From Nannocystales bacterium (GTDB taxonomy: Bacteria > Myxococcota_A > Polyangia > Nannocystales > Nannocystaceae): a DNA stretch of 64,000 bases. The stretch spans positions 131,305-195,304 of the forward strand of contig JBOEGF010000020.1 of the NCBI GenBank assembly GCA_050633305.1, in the 5' to 3' direction. The notes beneath the pieces were generated by a model, which was not told the origin of the DNA, did not search any database, and saw only the letters and a list, made by a program, of their open reading frames with translations. Made by a program: the position numbers and the translations under genes. Below, piece after piece: positions 1 to 9,990 of the stretch. Each line of letters begins with the position of its first letter. Position 1 is the first letter of the stretch.

Positions 1-1
1 C

Positions 2-2377
2 CAGCGCGTTGGCGACGCCGGGATGGTCGGCGCCCAGCGATCGTTCACGGATCCGCAAAGCTCGCTCGTAGTGACTTTGCGCCTGCGCGTACTTTGCCTG
101 GTCCATGAACACGACCCCCATATTGTCCAGACTCGTTGCCACCTTGGGGTGGTCATCGCCCAGCGCCCGCTCGAGGATCTGCAATGCTCGCTGGTGGTGG
201 AGCACGGCCGGCGCGTAGCGTCCTTGGGCTCGGAACACGACCCCTATGTTGGTGAGGCTGACGGCGACGACGGGGTGGTCAGCGCCCAATGCTTGCTCGC
301 GGATCCGCAGGGCTCGTTCATGGTGGGAGAGCGCGAGCTCATACTCTCCTTGGTGCCAGAGCACAGTGCCCAGGTTGTTCAGGGAGCTGGCGAGTTCGAG
401 GTGGTCGGGGCCCAGGGCCGCCTCCAGCATCTCCAACGCTGTCTCGAGATCGCGCCGCGCCGCCTCATACTCTCCTCGGCCGTCGAGAATGGAGGCTCGT
501 CGGTCCAGGCTCGCAGCGAGCTCGATGGGTTGCTGGCTGCGCTTGGCGTGGGTCACCGCCACCTGTCCCCAGACGCTCCCTTCGGCGTGCCGCTGTCGAT
601 CGACCCCCACCACAGAGGCCAAGTGCTGCGCGGTGTGGAGCGCCACCTCGTCGTGTCGGTGCTCCATTGCCAGCTCGTGAGCCTCTTGCAGGTCCTGCTC
701 CGCCTCTTCGTACTTGCCCTTCGCCCGTCGGGCGAGGCCCCGAACCTGCTTGGCCTCGGCCACCAAAGGCCCGTACCCGAGCCCTTCGGCGTCCTGCACG
801 ACGCGCTCCGCCTCTTCTAGCGAGGAGCGGTACTTGCCGGCATTCTTGGCGGCCACCACGTCGGCAAGGCGCTCGCGCAGCGCCTCGACCTCTCGTCTCA
901 CCGCGGGGTCCTCGGGGGGTGGAACCGTGGCGCGGAGAGCCTCGAGGTCGTCGCAGCGGTCGACCCCCGGTAGCCCGGTCGTCAGCTCGACGGCGTTCTC
1001 CACCGCCTGGGCATCCGCTCGGGCCAACACGTCCACGGTGGCTCGCAGCGTCCGCGAGCGTTCGTGCATGCAGTCCAGCCGCAGCCGCCGATCTCGCGTC
1101 GCCTGGGCGTCCTCGGTACTCGCCTCGCACGCGACGGTGTGCATGCTCGCCCACGCATCGGCATAGTCGTCCAGCCGCTGCTCCACGCGCTGCCACGTGC
1201 CTGGCGCGTAGTTGAGCCCCGTTCCCAGGATGGCCGCCTTCACCTCTGCGCGCCGTCCGTCGTCCCAGATGTTGGCCAGGTGACGATGCGGATCGGTGCA
1301 GCGCTCGCGCTCTTCGACGACCGACCCCAGCGCCAGCCCTCCGCCCACACCCAGTCCCCCGACCACCAGGCTCGGCAACATCCATCGGCGGGCGCGAGGG
1401 ACGAGCTCCCGGCCCAGCTGCTCCAGCAGCGCGTCCATCGATGGCCATCGCTCGCCGGGCTTCGGCGCCAACCCGCGCAGCACGACCCGGCGTAGTCGCA
1501 GAGAAACGCGGGCCCCCGAGGGGGGCGCCCCGATCTCGCCCTGGTTGACCGCCAGCGCCAGTTGGTCGATCGAGTGCGCCGCGAACGGTCGCTCCCCATA
1601 CATCGCCTCGTACAGCGACACGCAGAAGCTGAACTGATCGGCTCGCGCATCGACCTGAGCCCCATTGAACTGCTCTGGAGCCATGTAGACCGGTGTACCC
1701 ATCACCGCACCGGCCAATGTAAAGCTCTCGGCACTCGTCGACCGCGAACCAAGGTTGCGTACGGTGGGCTGCGATGGCTCGGTCACGGGGCGAGCCAGCC
1801 CAAAGTCGACGACCCGCGGCACTCCGTCTGCGTCCACCAGCACGTTCTCAGGCTTGAAGTCGCGGTGGACCAGGCCCGCCCGATGAGCCGCCGCCAGGCC
1901 CTGGCCCGCCGCGTGGTACAGCGCCACGATCTCGGTTGGAGTGCGCTCGACTTGGGTCAGCCAGCCGCGGGCCGTGACCCCTTCGATGAACTCCATCGCG
2001 ATGAAGAGCATCCCCTCGTGCGTCCCAACCTCATGCACGGTCGCAACATTGGGGTGGGTGAGCTTGGCCATCGAGGCCGCCTCTCGCATCAGCCGCTCGG
2101 TCCCTCGCGCCATGGGGCGGTGCAACTTGAGCGCGACGCTGCGACCGAGTTGGAGATCGCGAGCTCGATAGACGATGCCCATGCCGCCGGCCCCAACCAC
2201 CTCCTCGATCTCAAACGTGTCGGCGAGGATCGTGCCCGGGGCCAGTCGAGGCGGCAGCCGTAGCTCGACCGGCTCGGCGAAGGGGGCGAACGCGGCGATC
2301 TCCGCCGAGTCCGGCTCGGCCCCGAGCATCCGTGTGTCGAACGAGCCCTCGTCACCTTCTGCTTGAGGCAGCGACAT
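2..2377 (-). CDS. Ser/Thr protein kinase with C-terminal TPR repeats (3' end runs off the window)
   Basis: Not in the ORF track; translated by hand from ATG at 2377. Shows VGAGGMGIVY, VALK, HRDFKPENV and VVDFGLA, then a TM segment and TPR-like repeats. Confidence 0.9.
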   Translation of the reverse strand, partial: MSLPQAEGDEGSFDTRMLGAEPDSAEIAAFAPFAEPVELRLPPRLAPGTILADTFEIEEVVGAGGMGIVYRARDLQLGRSVALKLHRPMARGTERLMREAASMAKLTHPNVATVHEVGTHEGMLFIAMEFIEGVTARGWLTQVERTPTEIVALYHAAGQGLAAAHRAGLVHRDFKPENVLVDADGVPRVVDFGLARPVTEPSQPTVRNLGSRSTSAESFTLAGAVMGTPVYMAPEQFNGAQVDARADQFSFCVSLYEAMYGERPFAAHSIDQLALAVNQGEIGAPPSGARVSLRLRRVVLRGLAPKPGERWPSMDALLEQLGRELVPRARRWMLPSLVVGGLGVGGGLALGSVVEERERCTDPHRHLANIWDDGRRAEVKAAILGTGLNYAPGTWQRVEQRLDDYADAWASMHTVACEASTEDAQATRDRRLRLDCMHERSRTLRATVDVLARADAQAVENAVELTTGLPGVDRCDDLEALRATVPPPEDPAVRREVEALRERLADVVAAKNAGKYRSSLEEAERVVQDAEGLGYGPLVAEAKQVRGLARRAKGKYEEAEQDLQEAHELAMEHRHDEVALHTAQHLASVVGVDRQRHAEGSVWGQVAVTHAKRSQQPIELAASLDRRASILDGRGEYEAARRDLETALEMLEAALGPDHLELASSLNNLGTVLWHQGEYELALSHHERALRIREQALGADHPVVAVSLTNIGVVFRAQGRYAPAVLHHQRALQILERALGDDHPKVATSLDNMGVVFMDQAKYAQAQSHYERALRIRERSLGADHPGVANAL

Positions 2378-2801
2378 CGACGCAAGTGTAGCGTCGTGCC
2401 GCGGCGGCCCCAGGGGCCCCCCAGCCGGCCAACGACACCCACGCCTGCCTCGTCCCGGACGCATGTCGCCGAAGTTCGCTCCGGTGCGTTGCACTGGCAT
2501 ACATGGTCACGGTTGCCACGTTCCCCCGTGCCTTGCTGAGCTCGTCATTCCGCCGTCAGCGACTCTCGGAGTCTGCCTCCTCGGCGCTCCGTCCACGACC
2601 CGGCTCCGGGGTGCGCAGTCCGCTCCACACCGCCGACGTCGAGTTGTTCGCCCTCGTCAGGCGAGTGAGAACAAGAGCAGCTGTCCGGGAGGCTGAGGCC
2701 ATGGGGGTGCTCGAGCACCACGATGGCTGCGGACGGGTGACCCACCGTCACCCCGCGTGGTCGTCCTCGTCGCGGGCCCCTTCGGGCCCGACGACGGTCG
2801 G

Positions 2802-3419
2802 TCAGTCACTCCACAAGCAATAGGTCCTGTAGCCGAAGCTGCTGTTGTAGTACGGGTAGTACAACAGCACGTTCTTGTTTCCGCATCCGGCCGCATAGGC
2901 GTGGCACTCAGCCTCCGAGTAGAGGCCGCCGGTGGCTGGACCCCGGCCGTAGGTGTCGTAGGGTGATGGATAGTCGCAGACGAGCCCGCAAGACACCTGG
3001 ATCTGTGGATCCTCCCCGACGTAGCAGGTCGTCGCGAATGAAACGCCTTCGACGGGCGCAGGCTGGTCGCGAATGGAGGCCCACAGCTCGTGATACGAGT
3101 CGTGCAGATTCTCGAGGTTGGCGGACACCTGCCCACTGAACGGCTGCGGGTCGGAATCACCGACCCGGATCGTCCCCTCGCCGTCGGAGTGCAGCTCCGC
3201 GACGAGCCCAACTTCACCGTCAGCATCGAACAGCGTGGTTTGCCGCGCCCCGTCGGCGGTCACAGTGGTCACCACTTCCGAGTCCACGTACTCGGTACGA
3301 AGGACGGTGTCGTCGCCGGGTGACGAAGCATCGTCATCGCACGCAACTAAGGACAAACAAAGGACAACGAGTCCGCAGCACGAGCCGCGACTCAGGGAAC
3401 TGATTCGTTTCATCATCAT
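2802..3419 (-). CDS. Hypothetical lipoprotein with Cys/Tyr-rich C-terminal domain
   Basis: Lipobox LSLVAC; GGAG just upstream of three tandem ATGs (3419/3416/3413); six Cys in the last ~75 aa. Confidence 0.7.
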   Translation of the reverse strand: MMMKRISSLSRGSCCGLVVLCLSLVACDDDASSPGDDTVLRTEYVDSEVVTTVTADGARQTTLFDADGEVGLVAELHSDGEGTIRVGDSDPQPFSGQVSANLENLHDSYHELWASIRDQPAPVEGVSFATTCYVGEDPQIQVSCGLVCDYPSPYDTYGRGPATGGLYSEAECHAYAAGCGNKNVLLYYPYYNSSFGYRTYCLWSD

Positions 3420-3641
3420 CTCCAAGAGCCGCACGTGCAGCACGGCTCAACCGACATGACGAACGCCGTGCGAAGAACGAACCCGACAATGTGCATTTCG
3501 TGCGTGAAGGACGCCGACCGCAACAGTCGCTCGGGATTTCGTGTGTTGAGTCCGTCGCCGCGGCCGCCCCACACACGGGGCCGTGTTCTTCACGCCACTG
3601 TGCCACAGGCGAAGTACACCTCACCGAGCGCAACGACCTCA

Positions 3642-4556
3642 TCACTGCGGCTCCTGGCACACGCCCAGATCCTCATAACCCCCGGGCGCCTCGCCCTCGT
3701 TGTAGTACGGCTGGCATGTCAGCCCGCCGGGGCAGTCCGGTGCCAAGAGGCTGCAGTAGGGCAGACAGCACCCGGCTGCGTCGGTGTCTGAGCACGCGAT
3801 GGGCGTGGGCATGAAGCAACCCAACCCGGCGTCGCAGACGTTGATGAACTCGCACGCCTCGCCCACGGCACCCGCATCCGGGTTGGCGTCCGTGGTGCAC
3901 ACGAAGGAGTCCGATGACGGCACGCACAGCTCCCCTGCGTCGCAGTCGTCGCCGAGCGGATCGCACGTCGGCAGGCACGGCGCGAAGGTTCCGTCGGACG
4001 AGATGATGCACACGGCGTCCTCCTGCTCGCACGTGGGTGCGTCGGGCGATCCGCCACACAACTCGACACACTCGCCCATCAAAGTCTCGGGATCGAGCTC
4101 AAAACACAGCGCGCCGACATCACAGTCGTCCAGCCCCGAGACACCCGACTCTTGCGCCGTGCAGGGCTCGCCATATCCTGCCGGATCGTCCACGACGGGG
4201 ACACACATCGTGGCGTTCCACGTCGCGCCGTTGTCCGAGTAGGGCGCGCACTTGTAGCCGGGAGGGCAGTCCTGGGCGAAGAGGTCGCAGTCTTCGGGGA
4301 GCTCGAACGTGGTCGACCCATCGCCTCCGCTCACGTCGGATCCGCCCGTGCTGCTTGCGGTCGCAGTTGTCGGTTGAGCGCTCGTCGTCGGGGCGCTGGG
4401 GTCAGTGGGACCACTGCTGGTCGACGACACGGTGCCCGTGCTGCCGGCTCCGGTCGACGTCTCGTCGTCAAGCTCTCCGACGGCGGGGCCACAGCCCGCC
4501 ACGAGCCACGCACCCACGACCAATGCCCCTCGTTTCAGCCCAGTACAGTCCAACAT
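3642..4556 (-). CDS. Cys-rich myxobacterial lipoprotein (paralogue of 5903-6856)
   Basis: Lipobox LVAGC, Ser/Thr linker, then CDLFAQDCPPGYKCAPY...WNATMCVPV and further Cys-rich modules. Confidence 0.85.
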   Translation of the reverse strand: MLDCTGLKRGALVVGAWLVAGCGPAVGELDDETSTGAGSTGTVSSTSSGPTDPSAPTTSAQPTTATASSTGGSDVSGGDGSTTFELPEDCDLFAQDCPPGYKCAPYSDNGATWNATMCVPVVDDPAGYGEPCTAQESGVSGLDDCDVGALCFELDPETLMGECVELCGGSPDAPTCEQEDAVCIISSDGTFAPCLPTCDPLGDDCDAGELCVPSSDSFVCTTDANPDAGAVGEACEFINVCDAGLGCFMPTPIACSDTDAAGCCLPYCSLLAPDCPGGLTCQPYYNEGEAPGGYEDLGVCQEPQ

Positions 4557-5069
4557 CGCATCGGATCATATCCACCATAGCTAACATTCGCTACTCGCAA
4601 CCGAACTCGGGGAAGGCCAGCCCGCCGGCCGAGAGAACCCGGGCTCCACACGGTCTTCGTGGGCACGGTCATCACGACCTGCTCGGTCGGGTCGTCGGAG
4701 AACGCGACGTAGTTTCGCGCTCGCCATGCGGGACAACGAGGACGCGATCGTCCAGCCCCTCAAAATGACGCCGAGCACCACCACGCGGTGCCCTACCGAG
4801 GTGGTGGGTGACCACCGCATCGCACCGTCGGATGTGCTCCGGCTCGCGGAGCACTCGAGCCACGCGTGGCGCCAGATCGCCACGCTTCGAGGCGTCGATC
4901 GTATCGACCTCGAACGCCCGGTCGGCCGGCTTGGTTGAGAGGACGACTGCAAGCTCGGTTCGCAGCAACGCGGCGCCGAACTCGACTCGATATCGGCGAG
5001 AGTCCGGTCGGCGCGCGTTTCGTTCAAACACCTACGTGGTGGAGTGTTGCGCGGCTAGTGGACGCACCT

Positions 5070-5726
5070 ATGAAGACTCCAGAACAACTACTGTTAAAAG
5101 GCCGTGACGCTGTCGTGGCCGCCACCGATGAGGCCGATTGGCGAAAGGGAAAAGCCCCGGACTATCACTATTCGAACGAGCGAATGCCAGGGCAACGGAC
5201 CACGAACCACGCTGAGGGGTCGCTCGAAGCCATCGTCGAGTCGCTGATCCAAGTGTTCGAGATGGAGATCTCCCACAAGCCCGACGCAAACAAGTGGCTC
5301 AGCGTCGTCAAGGAGTCCTTCAAAACCCGCGTCAACGGTGGTCAGTGGTACAACGCCGATGCGCTCGCCGAGCGGGGAAGCTACAACGTCCTCATCGGCG
5401 AGACTCCGTTCTACGACTCCGAAGCGGAGAGCTTCGAGTCCTCCCATGACATCTTCCACCAAGCGCTGCCCGGCGGTTTCTTCTGGGAAGTCTTGGACGT
5501 CATCTCGCCCCCTCCCGTCGTGACCTTCAAGTGGAGGCATTGGGGAGACTTCACGGGCCCCTACAAGGGGTTCGAGCCCACCGGGGAGCGGGTGGAGATG
5601 TTCGGCGTGAGTATCGCGAAAGTCACGGACAATCTGCAGATCGTCGACGTTGAACACTTCTACGACAACAGCCAGTTCCTCGGCAAACTCACCGGTGGGT
5701 GTCCGATCGCTGGCCACATGCCGTAG
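5070..5726 (+). CDS. Pathogen-related-protein-like / SnoaL (NTF2-fold) protein
   Basis: From ATG 5070: HAEGSLEAIVESLIQVFEMEISHK, GSYNVLI, FESSHDIF, GFFWEVLDVISPPPVVTFKWRHWG and C-terminal GCP. These motifs match my recollection of the plant/fungal/cyanobacterial pathogen-related protein family. Confidence 0.8.
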   Translation: MKTPEQLLLKGRDAVVAATDEADWRKGKAPDYHYSNERMPGQRTTNHAEGSLEAIVESLIQVFEMEISHKPDANKWLSVVKESFKTRVNGGQWYNADALAERGSYNVLIGETPFYDSEAESFESSHDIFHQALPGGFFWEVLDVISPPPVVTFKWRHWGDFTGPYKGFEPTGERVEMFGVSIAKVTDNLQIVDVEHFYDNSQFLGKLTGGCPIAGHMP

Positions 5727-5902
5727 CGGATGACCATCAAATCGTCGTCAAGCTCCCACCAGGTCATCCCGAGTTTACGCCTGTCCATTCCCGAAACCGC
5801 CAAGCCTTCGACCGTGCACGGCATGTAGAGGCCGGTGGTCTCCGGGGCGATCGATACACATCGTGCTGCGTTCCACGGCGGGCAGACCGAGTTCGCGAAG
5901 CG

Positions 5903-6856
5903 TCAAGGGTCACCGATTCCGCAAATACCAACGTTCTCAAAACCAGGAGGCGCGGTCCCCTTCTCGTAGAACGAGAAACAGGACGTGGGCTCCGGGCATT
6001 CAGGGCTCGCTACGTCGCAGTACGGCGTGCAGCACCCACCGGCCCCGCCCTCGCACGCTCCGACGAAGTCGGGGTTCGCACACATCATGGGTGGGTCGCA
6101 GGCATTGGTGTACTCGCAGCCCTCGAACAGTCCACCCATCTTTGGACCCGAGGCGTCGGGGAGACACGTGAAGCTGTAGCTGTTCGGATAGCACCCCTCG
6201 CCCAGCGAACACGGCTCCTTGCCGAGCGGATCACAACTGGGCAAGCACAAAGCGACGACCCCGTCTCCGTTGACGCTGCAGTACGCCGTTTCGTCGACAC
6301 ATGTTGGAGCGTTGACGCTGCCCGTGCACATGCCGATACAACTGCCGACGAGCGTCTCGGGGTCGACGCTCCAGCACATCATGCCCAACTCGCAGGAGTC
6401 GATACCCGACAGGCCGGACCCCTCTGCGGTGCACGGCTCGTAGAGCCCGTCCGGGTCGGCGTCGACCGGAGTGCATCGCGTTGCGTTCCATGCCGAGCCG
6501 CCATCGTTCGCCCAGGGCATACACTTCTCTCCGTCCGGGCAGTTCTGCTCGAAGATGTCGCATTCCACGGAGACGCCCGTCGTTTCCCGATCGCAGGCCA
6601 GGAACAGGCACGAACCGGTCGAGTCATCGGCGGCCCCCGTCGTCGTGCCGCCGCCGGGGTCGGGCTCGGCGTCTGTGGATCCGGAGGGGGGCGTTGGATC
6701 CGCTCCCGTGGCCGCCCCGGTCAAACCAGACGACGCGGGCGCCTCCGTCGTGGATCCGCCAGGCTCTTCGACTCCGACAACGCTGTCACAGCCCGAAACC
6801 GCCGTCAGAGTTCCCAAGGTGGCCGCAAAGAACCCCCAGCGTCCTCGCTGATGCAT
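5903..6856 (-). CDS. Cys-rich myxobacterial lipoprotein (paralogue of 3642-4556)
   Basis: Lipobox AVSGC; ECDIFEQNCPDGEKCMPWANDGGSAWNATRCTPV; Cys spacing matches the paralogue. Confidence 0.85.
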   Translation of the reverse strand: MHQRGRWGFFAATLGTLTAVSGCDSVVGVEEPGGSTTEAPASSGLTGAATGADPTPPSGSTDAEPDPGGGTTTGAADDSTGSCLFLACDRETTGVSVECDIFEQNCPDGEKCMPWANDGGSAWNATRCTPVDADPDGLYEPCTAEGSGLSGIDSCELGMMCWSVDPETLVGSCIGMCTGSVNAPTCVDETAYCSVNGDGVVALCLPSCDPLGKEPCSLGEGCYPNSYSFTCLPDASGPKMGGLFEGCEYTNACDPPMMCANPDFVGACEGGAGGCCTPYCDVASPECPEPTSCFSFYEKGTAPPGFENVGICGIGDP

Positions 6857-7054
6857 GCAACCACTGTACAGCAAAGTTAGCAACCAGGGTTAGAAATGAC
6901 AGCTTTTAAAGGGGCGCGCCGCTCGAGTCACCGCCAGCGAGGTGGAGGGCTTCGTCTTTGGCGACGACACGGCAGCTACGGTTCACCGCGCGAACCGTGA
7001 CGTGCAGGAGCGGATCTTCCGCGGGCTGGATGTTCTCTCCGATCGGACCACGGC

Positions 7055-7651
7055 TCAGGCGGTCGGCCACGGCGGACCGACCGGGCCCTCGATCATGGCG
7101 TCCATGGAGTCCACCCGCAGGAGCAGCGAATCGCGGACGGGGGTGCCCCGCTCCGGTGAGAAGCGATCGCTCATGCGGGCCCTGAACCACAAGCGGTGGG
7201 TGCCTGGGGCCAGCGGGGTGGTGACCGGGGTTGTCCCGTGGCGAGAGAGGTCGAGCCCGTCGTGTTCGGAGGTGGCCAGGCGCAACTCGAACTCGCGGTC
7301 GGCTCGGCCCATCGGGTTGTTCTGCTCGTCGAACAGCCACAGCCCACCGATCGATAATTCGGACAGCGTGATTCGGGGGTCGACGTCGACGTCGACCATG
7401 CCGATCACCCAGTAGGGGACGGGCGCGTCCGCGGAGGCGACCCCGGACGAGCCCCAGCTGCAGGTCACGGGGGTCGTGTCGAGATAGAGTTCGACGGTGG
7501 AGACGATGGAGAGATCCACCCACCGAAGCTCCACCGGATCGCGCACGGGCGTGGTCTTGGCGGGCGCCGGCTGAACGCTGGGTGGGCTCGCGGGCGTGCA
7601 CGCGAGTCCAAGCAGCGCCAGGACCAGTAGGACGTTGGCAGATCCCGTCAT
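7055..7651 (-). CDS. Hypothetical lipoprotein
   Basis: MTGSANVLLVLALLGLAC signal and lipobox; globular-looking body. Confidence 0.65.
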   Translation of the reverse strand: MTGSANVLLVLALLGLACTPASPPSVQPAPAKTTPVRDPVELRWVDLSIVSTVELYLDTTPVTCSWGSSGVASADAPVPYWVIGMVDVDVDPRITLSELSIGGLWLFDEQNNPMGRADREFELRLATSEHDGLDLSRHGTTPVTTPLAPGTHRLWFRARMSDRFSPERGTPVRDSLLLRVDSMDAMIEGPVGPPWPTA

Positions 7652-8013
7652 CGACTGGGTGAACGGACCACATGTCGCGTCCAGGCTTTCAAGGTCGTCG
7701 GGTGCTGCGGTACCTTGAGTCCGCTGCGGTTGGCCAGCGGGATGGGCTGGCCGATGGAGAGTCCGGCGCAGCGCTCGTGTCATCGTGCGCCGTCCAAACG
7801 AGCGACGGGCCGATCGATTACAGCGGATTCGCCCCGGTCGATCCCAACCGCATCGCCAGCAGTGATCGCTCCACAGCCGCTCACGATCAGAGCCCAGAGC
7901 ATCGGTGCGGCCGTGGTGCGAGTCGGAACCGTCTCGGTTGAATGCTGCAGGTCGAAGGCGTCGGATTCCAATCACCCCTTGCCCTGCGCATGGCCGCAGT
8001 CGATCATCTCTTG

Positions 8014-9681
8014 GTGTCGACGAAAGGGGTCGTAACGCGGCGGAACTGCCTGGAGGGGCTGGGTGCGCTTGGGGCAGGATCCCTACTCGGGGCTTGCTCC
8101 GCCGCAGAACCGATCGGCGACGCAGCCGCGGCCGAGCCGGCTGAGCAGACCCCCAAGCCGGACGTTGCATCGCCGGCGCCCGCGGATCCGGAGACCCCCG
8201 AAGCCGAAGCCGAAGCCGAGTCCAAACCCGAGTCCCAGCCCGAGTCAGAACCGAAGGCGGTGGTTCCGAGCCCAAAGCCCCGCCGCCCGCATGTCCTCTT
8301 TCTTTCGATCGACGACCTGAACGACTGGGTCGGGGTGTTGGGTGGGCACCCGCAGGGCCGTACGCCCAACATCGACGCTCTTGCGGGCGCGGGCATGCTG
8401 TTTGCGAACGCGCACTGCTCTGCGCCTTCGTGCAACGGCTCGCGAACGGCGACGCTCACCGGGATGGCACCGTCGAGCACGGGGGTGTACGGCAACGCTC
8501 AACCGTGGCGGCAACACCTGCCGGATGCTGTCACGTTACCGGAGTACTTTCGCCGCAATGGGTACCGATCCCTGGGTGCGGGGAAGCTGTTTCACGGACC
8601 GTTTCCCGACCCCCGTGGGTGGGACGAGTTTCACCCTTCGCTTTGTCGGCAAAGGCCGGAGCGTCGCAAGGGCGCGGCCAAGCCCAAACACGCTGAAGGT
8701 GGGGCCAAGTTCGGCACGCTCGCATGGGGCCCACTCGAGGGTCCCGACTCGGACATGGGCGATGCGCAGACCGTGGACTGGGTCATCGATCATCTTCCCA
8801 AACCGGACGACCCCCCGACCTTCCTCGCGTGCGGCCTGTACCGTCCGCACCTGCCGTGGCGGGTCCCTCAGAAGTGGTTCGACCTGTTCCCACTGGAGAC
8901 GATTGAGCTTCCCGACGTCCGGACAGACGACCGCGACGACATCCCTCGTAGTGCGCTCAAGCGGCTGACCTACGACAGCGACCACAAGAAGATCCTCGCC
9001 AAGGGCCAATGGAAGGGCGCGGTGCAGGCCTACCTCGCCGCGTCGGCGTTCGCGGACGCGATGGTCGGTCGCTTGCTCGCCGCATTGCGTGAGAGCGTGG
9101 CGGCAAACGACACCATCGTGATGCTCTGGTCCGACCACGGCTGGCACCTCGGCGAGAAGCTCAAGTGGCGCAAGTTCACGCTGTGGGAGGAGGCAACCCG
9201 CGTCCCACTCGTTGTCACGGGCCCTGGCGTGCCGACCCCTGGCGTGTGCAATCGCCCGGTGAGCCTGCTCGATCTCTATCCGACGCTGATCGAGCTGTGC
9301 GGGCTGCCATCGCGGCCAGATCTCGAGGGCCAGAGTTTCGCCAACCTGCTGACGCATCCCAATGCTGGGCGTAAGCGTGACGCGGTCACCACTTGGGGGC
9401 GTGGCAACCACAGTGTTCGCACCAACCGCTGGCGATACACCCGCTACCGCGATGGCGCCGAGGAACTCTACGATCACAAGGCGGACCCGAACGAGTGGAC
9501 CAACCTCGCCACCAAGCCAGAGCACGCGGAACTCGTCGCGAGGCTCGGGGCTCGCCTGCCCAAGAAGAGCGTCCGCGGGGCGCCTCGCCGCAAGACGTAC
9601 ACGAAGGAACAACTCGACTGCGACCCGAGCGTCTACTTCGAGGATGACGACGCCGAGGACGGCAACGAGGCGGAGGACTGA
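8014..9681 (+). CDS. Sulfatase (choline-sulfatase/iduronate-sulfatase-like), putative Tat lipoprotein
   Basis: TRRNCL twin-arginine motif and LLGAC; IDDLN; formylglycine motif CNGSR followed by TLTG; GKLFH; RPHLP; SDHG; ELYD. Confidence 0.92.
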   Translation: MSTKGVVTRRNCLEGLGALGAGSLLGACSAAEPIGDAAAAEPAEQTPKPDVASPAPADPETPEAEAEAESKPESQPESEPKAVVPSPKPRRPHVLFLSIDDLNDWVGVLGGHPQGRTPNIDALAGAGMLFANAHCSAPSCNGSRTATLTGMAPSSTGVYGNAQPWRQHLPDAVTLPEYFRRNGYRSLGAGKLFHGPFPDPRGWDEFHPSLCRQRPERRKGAAKPKHAEGGAKFGTLAWGPLEGPDSDMGDAQTVDWVIDHLPKPDDPPTFLACGLYRPHLPWRVPQKWFDLFPLETIELPDVRTDDRDDIPRSALKRLTYDSDHKKILAKGQWKGAVQAYLAASAFADAMVGRLLAALRESVAANDTIVMLWSDHGWHLGEKLKWRKFTLWEEATRVPLVVTGPGVPTPGVCNRPVSLLDLYPTLIELCGLPSRPDLEGQSFANLLTHPNAGRKRDAVTTWGRGNHSVRTNRWRYTRYRDGAEELYDHKADPNEWTNLATKPEHAELVARLGARLPKKSVRGAPRRKTYTKEQLDCDPSVYFEDDDAEDGNEAED

Positions 9682-9929
9682 GTCGATCGTCTGCGCCGGC
9701 GGCCTCGTCAGTGCCGGCTCAGGGTGTCAGATGGAGACTTGGCCCATTTCGGAGACCTCGAAGAGAATGTGGGGCTCCCGAAGAAGTTACCGGATCATCC
9801 CTTGGTGGCAGAGGAGCACGATGCGCGCGGTTCACGTGGGGCGAAGTTCTTCCCCATGTCCGCAGCCTGCTCGCGCTTGAAGCCTGCCCAAGCCACCGTA
9901 GACCGGACTCGGTCCCGAGCGCCCTTCGG

Positions 9930-9965
9930 CGAGTCAAATCGGAAATCATTTTCCGATTTGACTCG
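9930..9965. repeat. Perfect 16-bp inverted repeat with 4-nt loop
   Basis: CGAGTCAAATCGGAAA-TCAT-TTTCCGATTTGACTCG, between convergent genes. Confidence 0.95.
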
Positions 9966-9990
9966 GACATCAGACCCACGCAAGCACGCA

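Noticed and set aside
4581..5060. Several short overlapping ORFs between the lipoprotein and pathogen-related genes
   Set aside because: No consistent frame, start signal or recognisable motif; could be gene debris but cannot be supported.
3642..6856. Enzyme label sometimes attached to this Cys-rich lipoprotein family (ribulose-phosphate epimerase, from memory)
   Set aside because: No epimerase or TIM-barrel motifs; the sequences are disulfide-rich surface modules.
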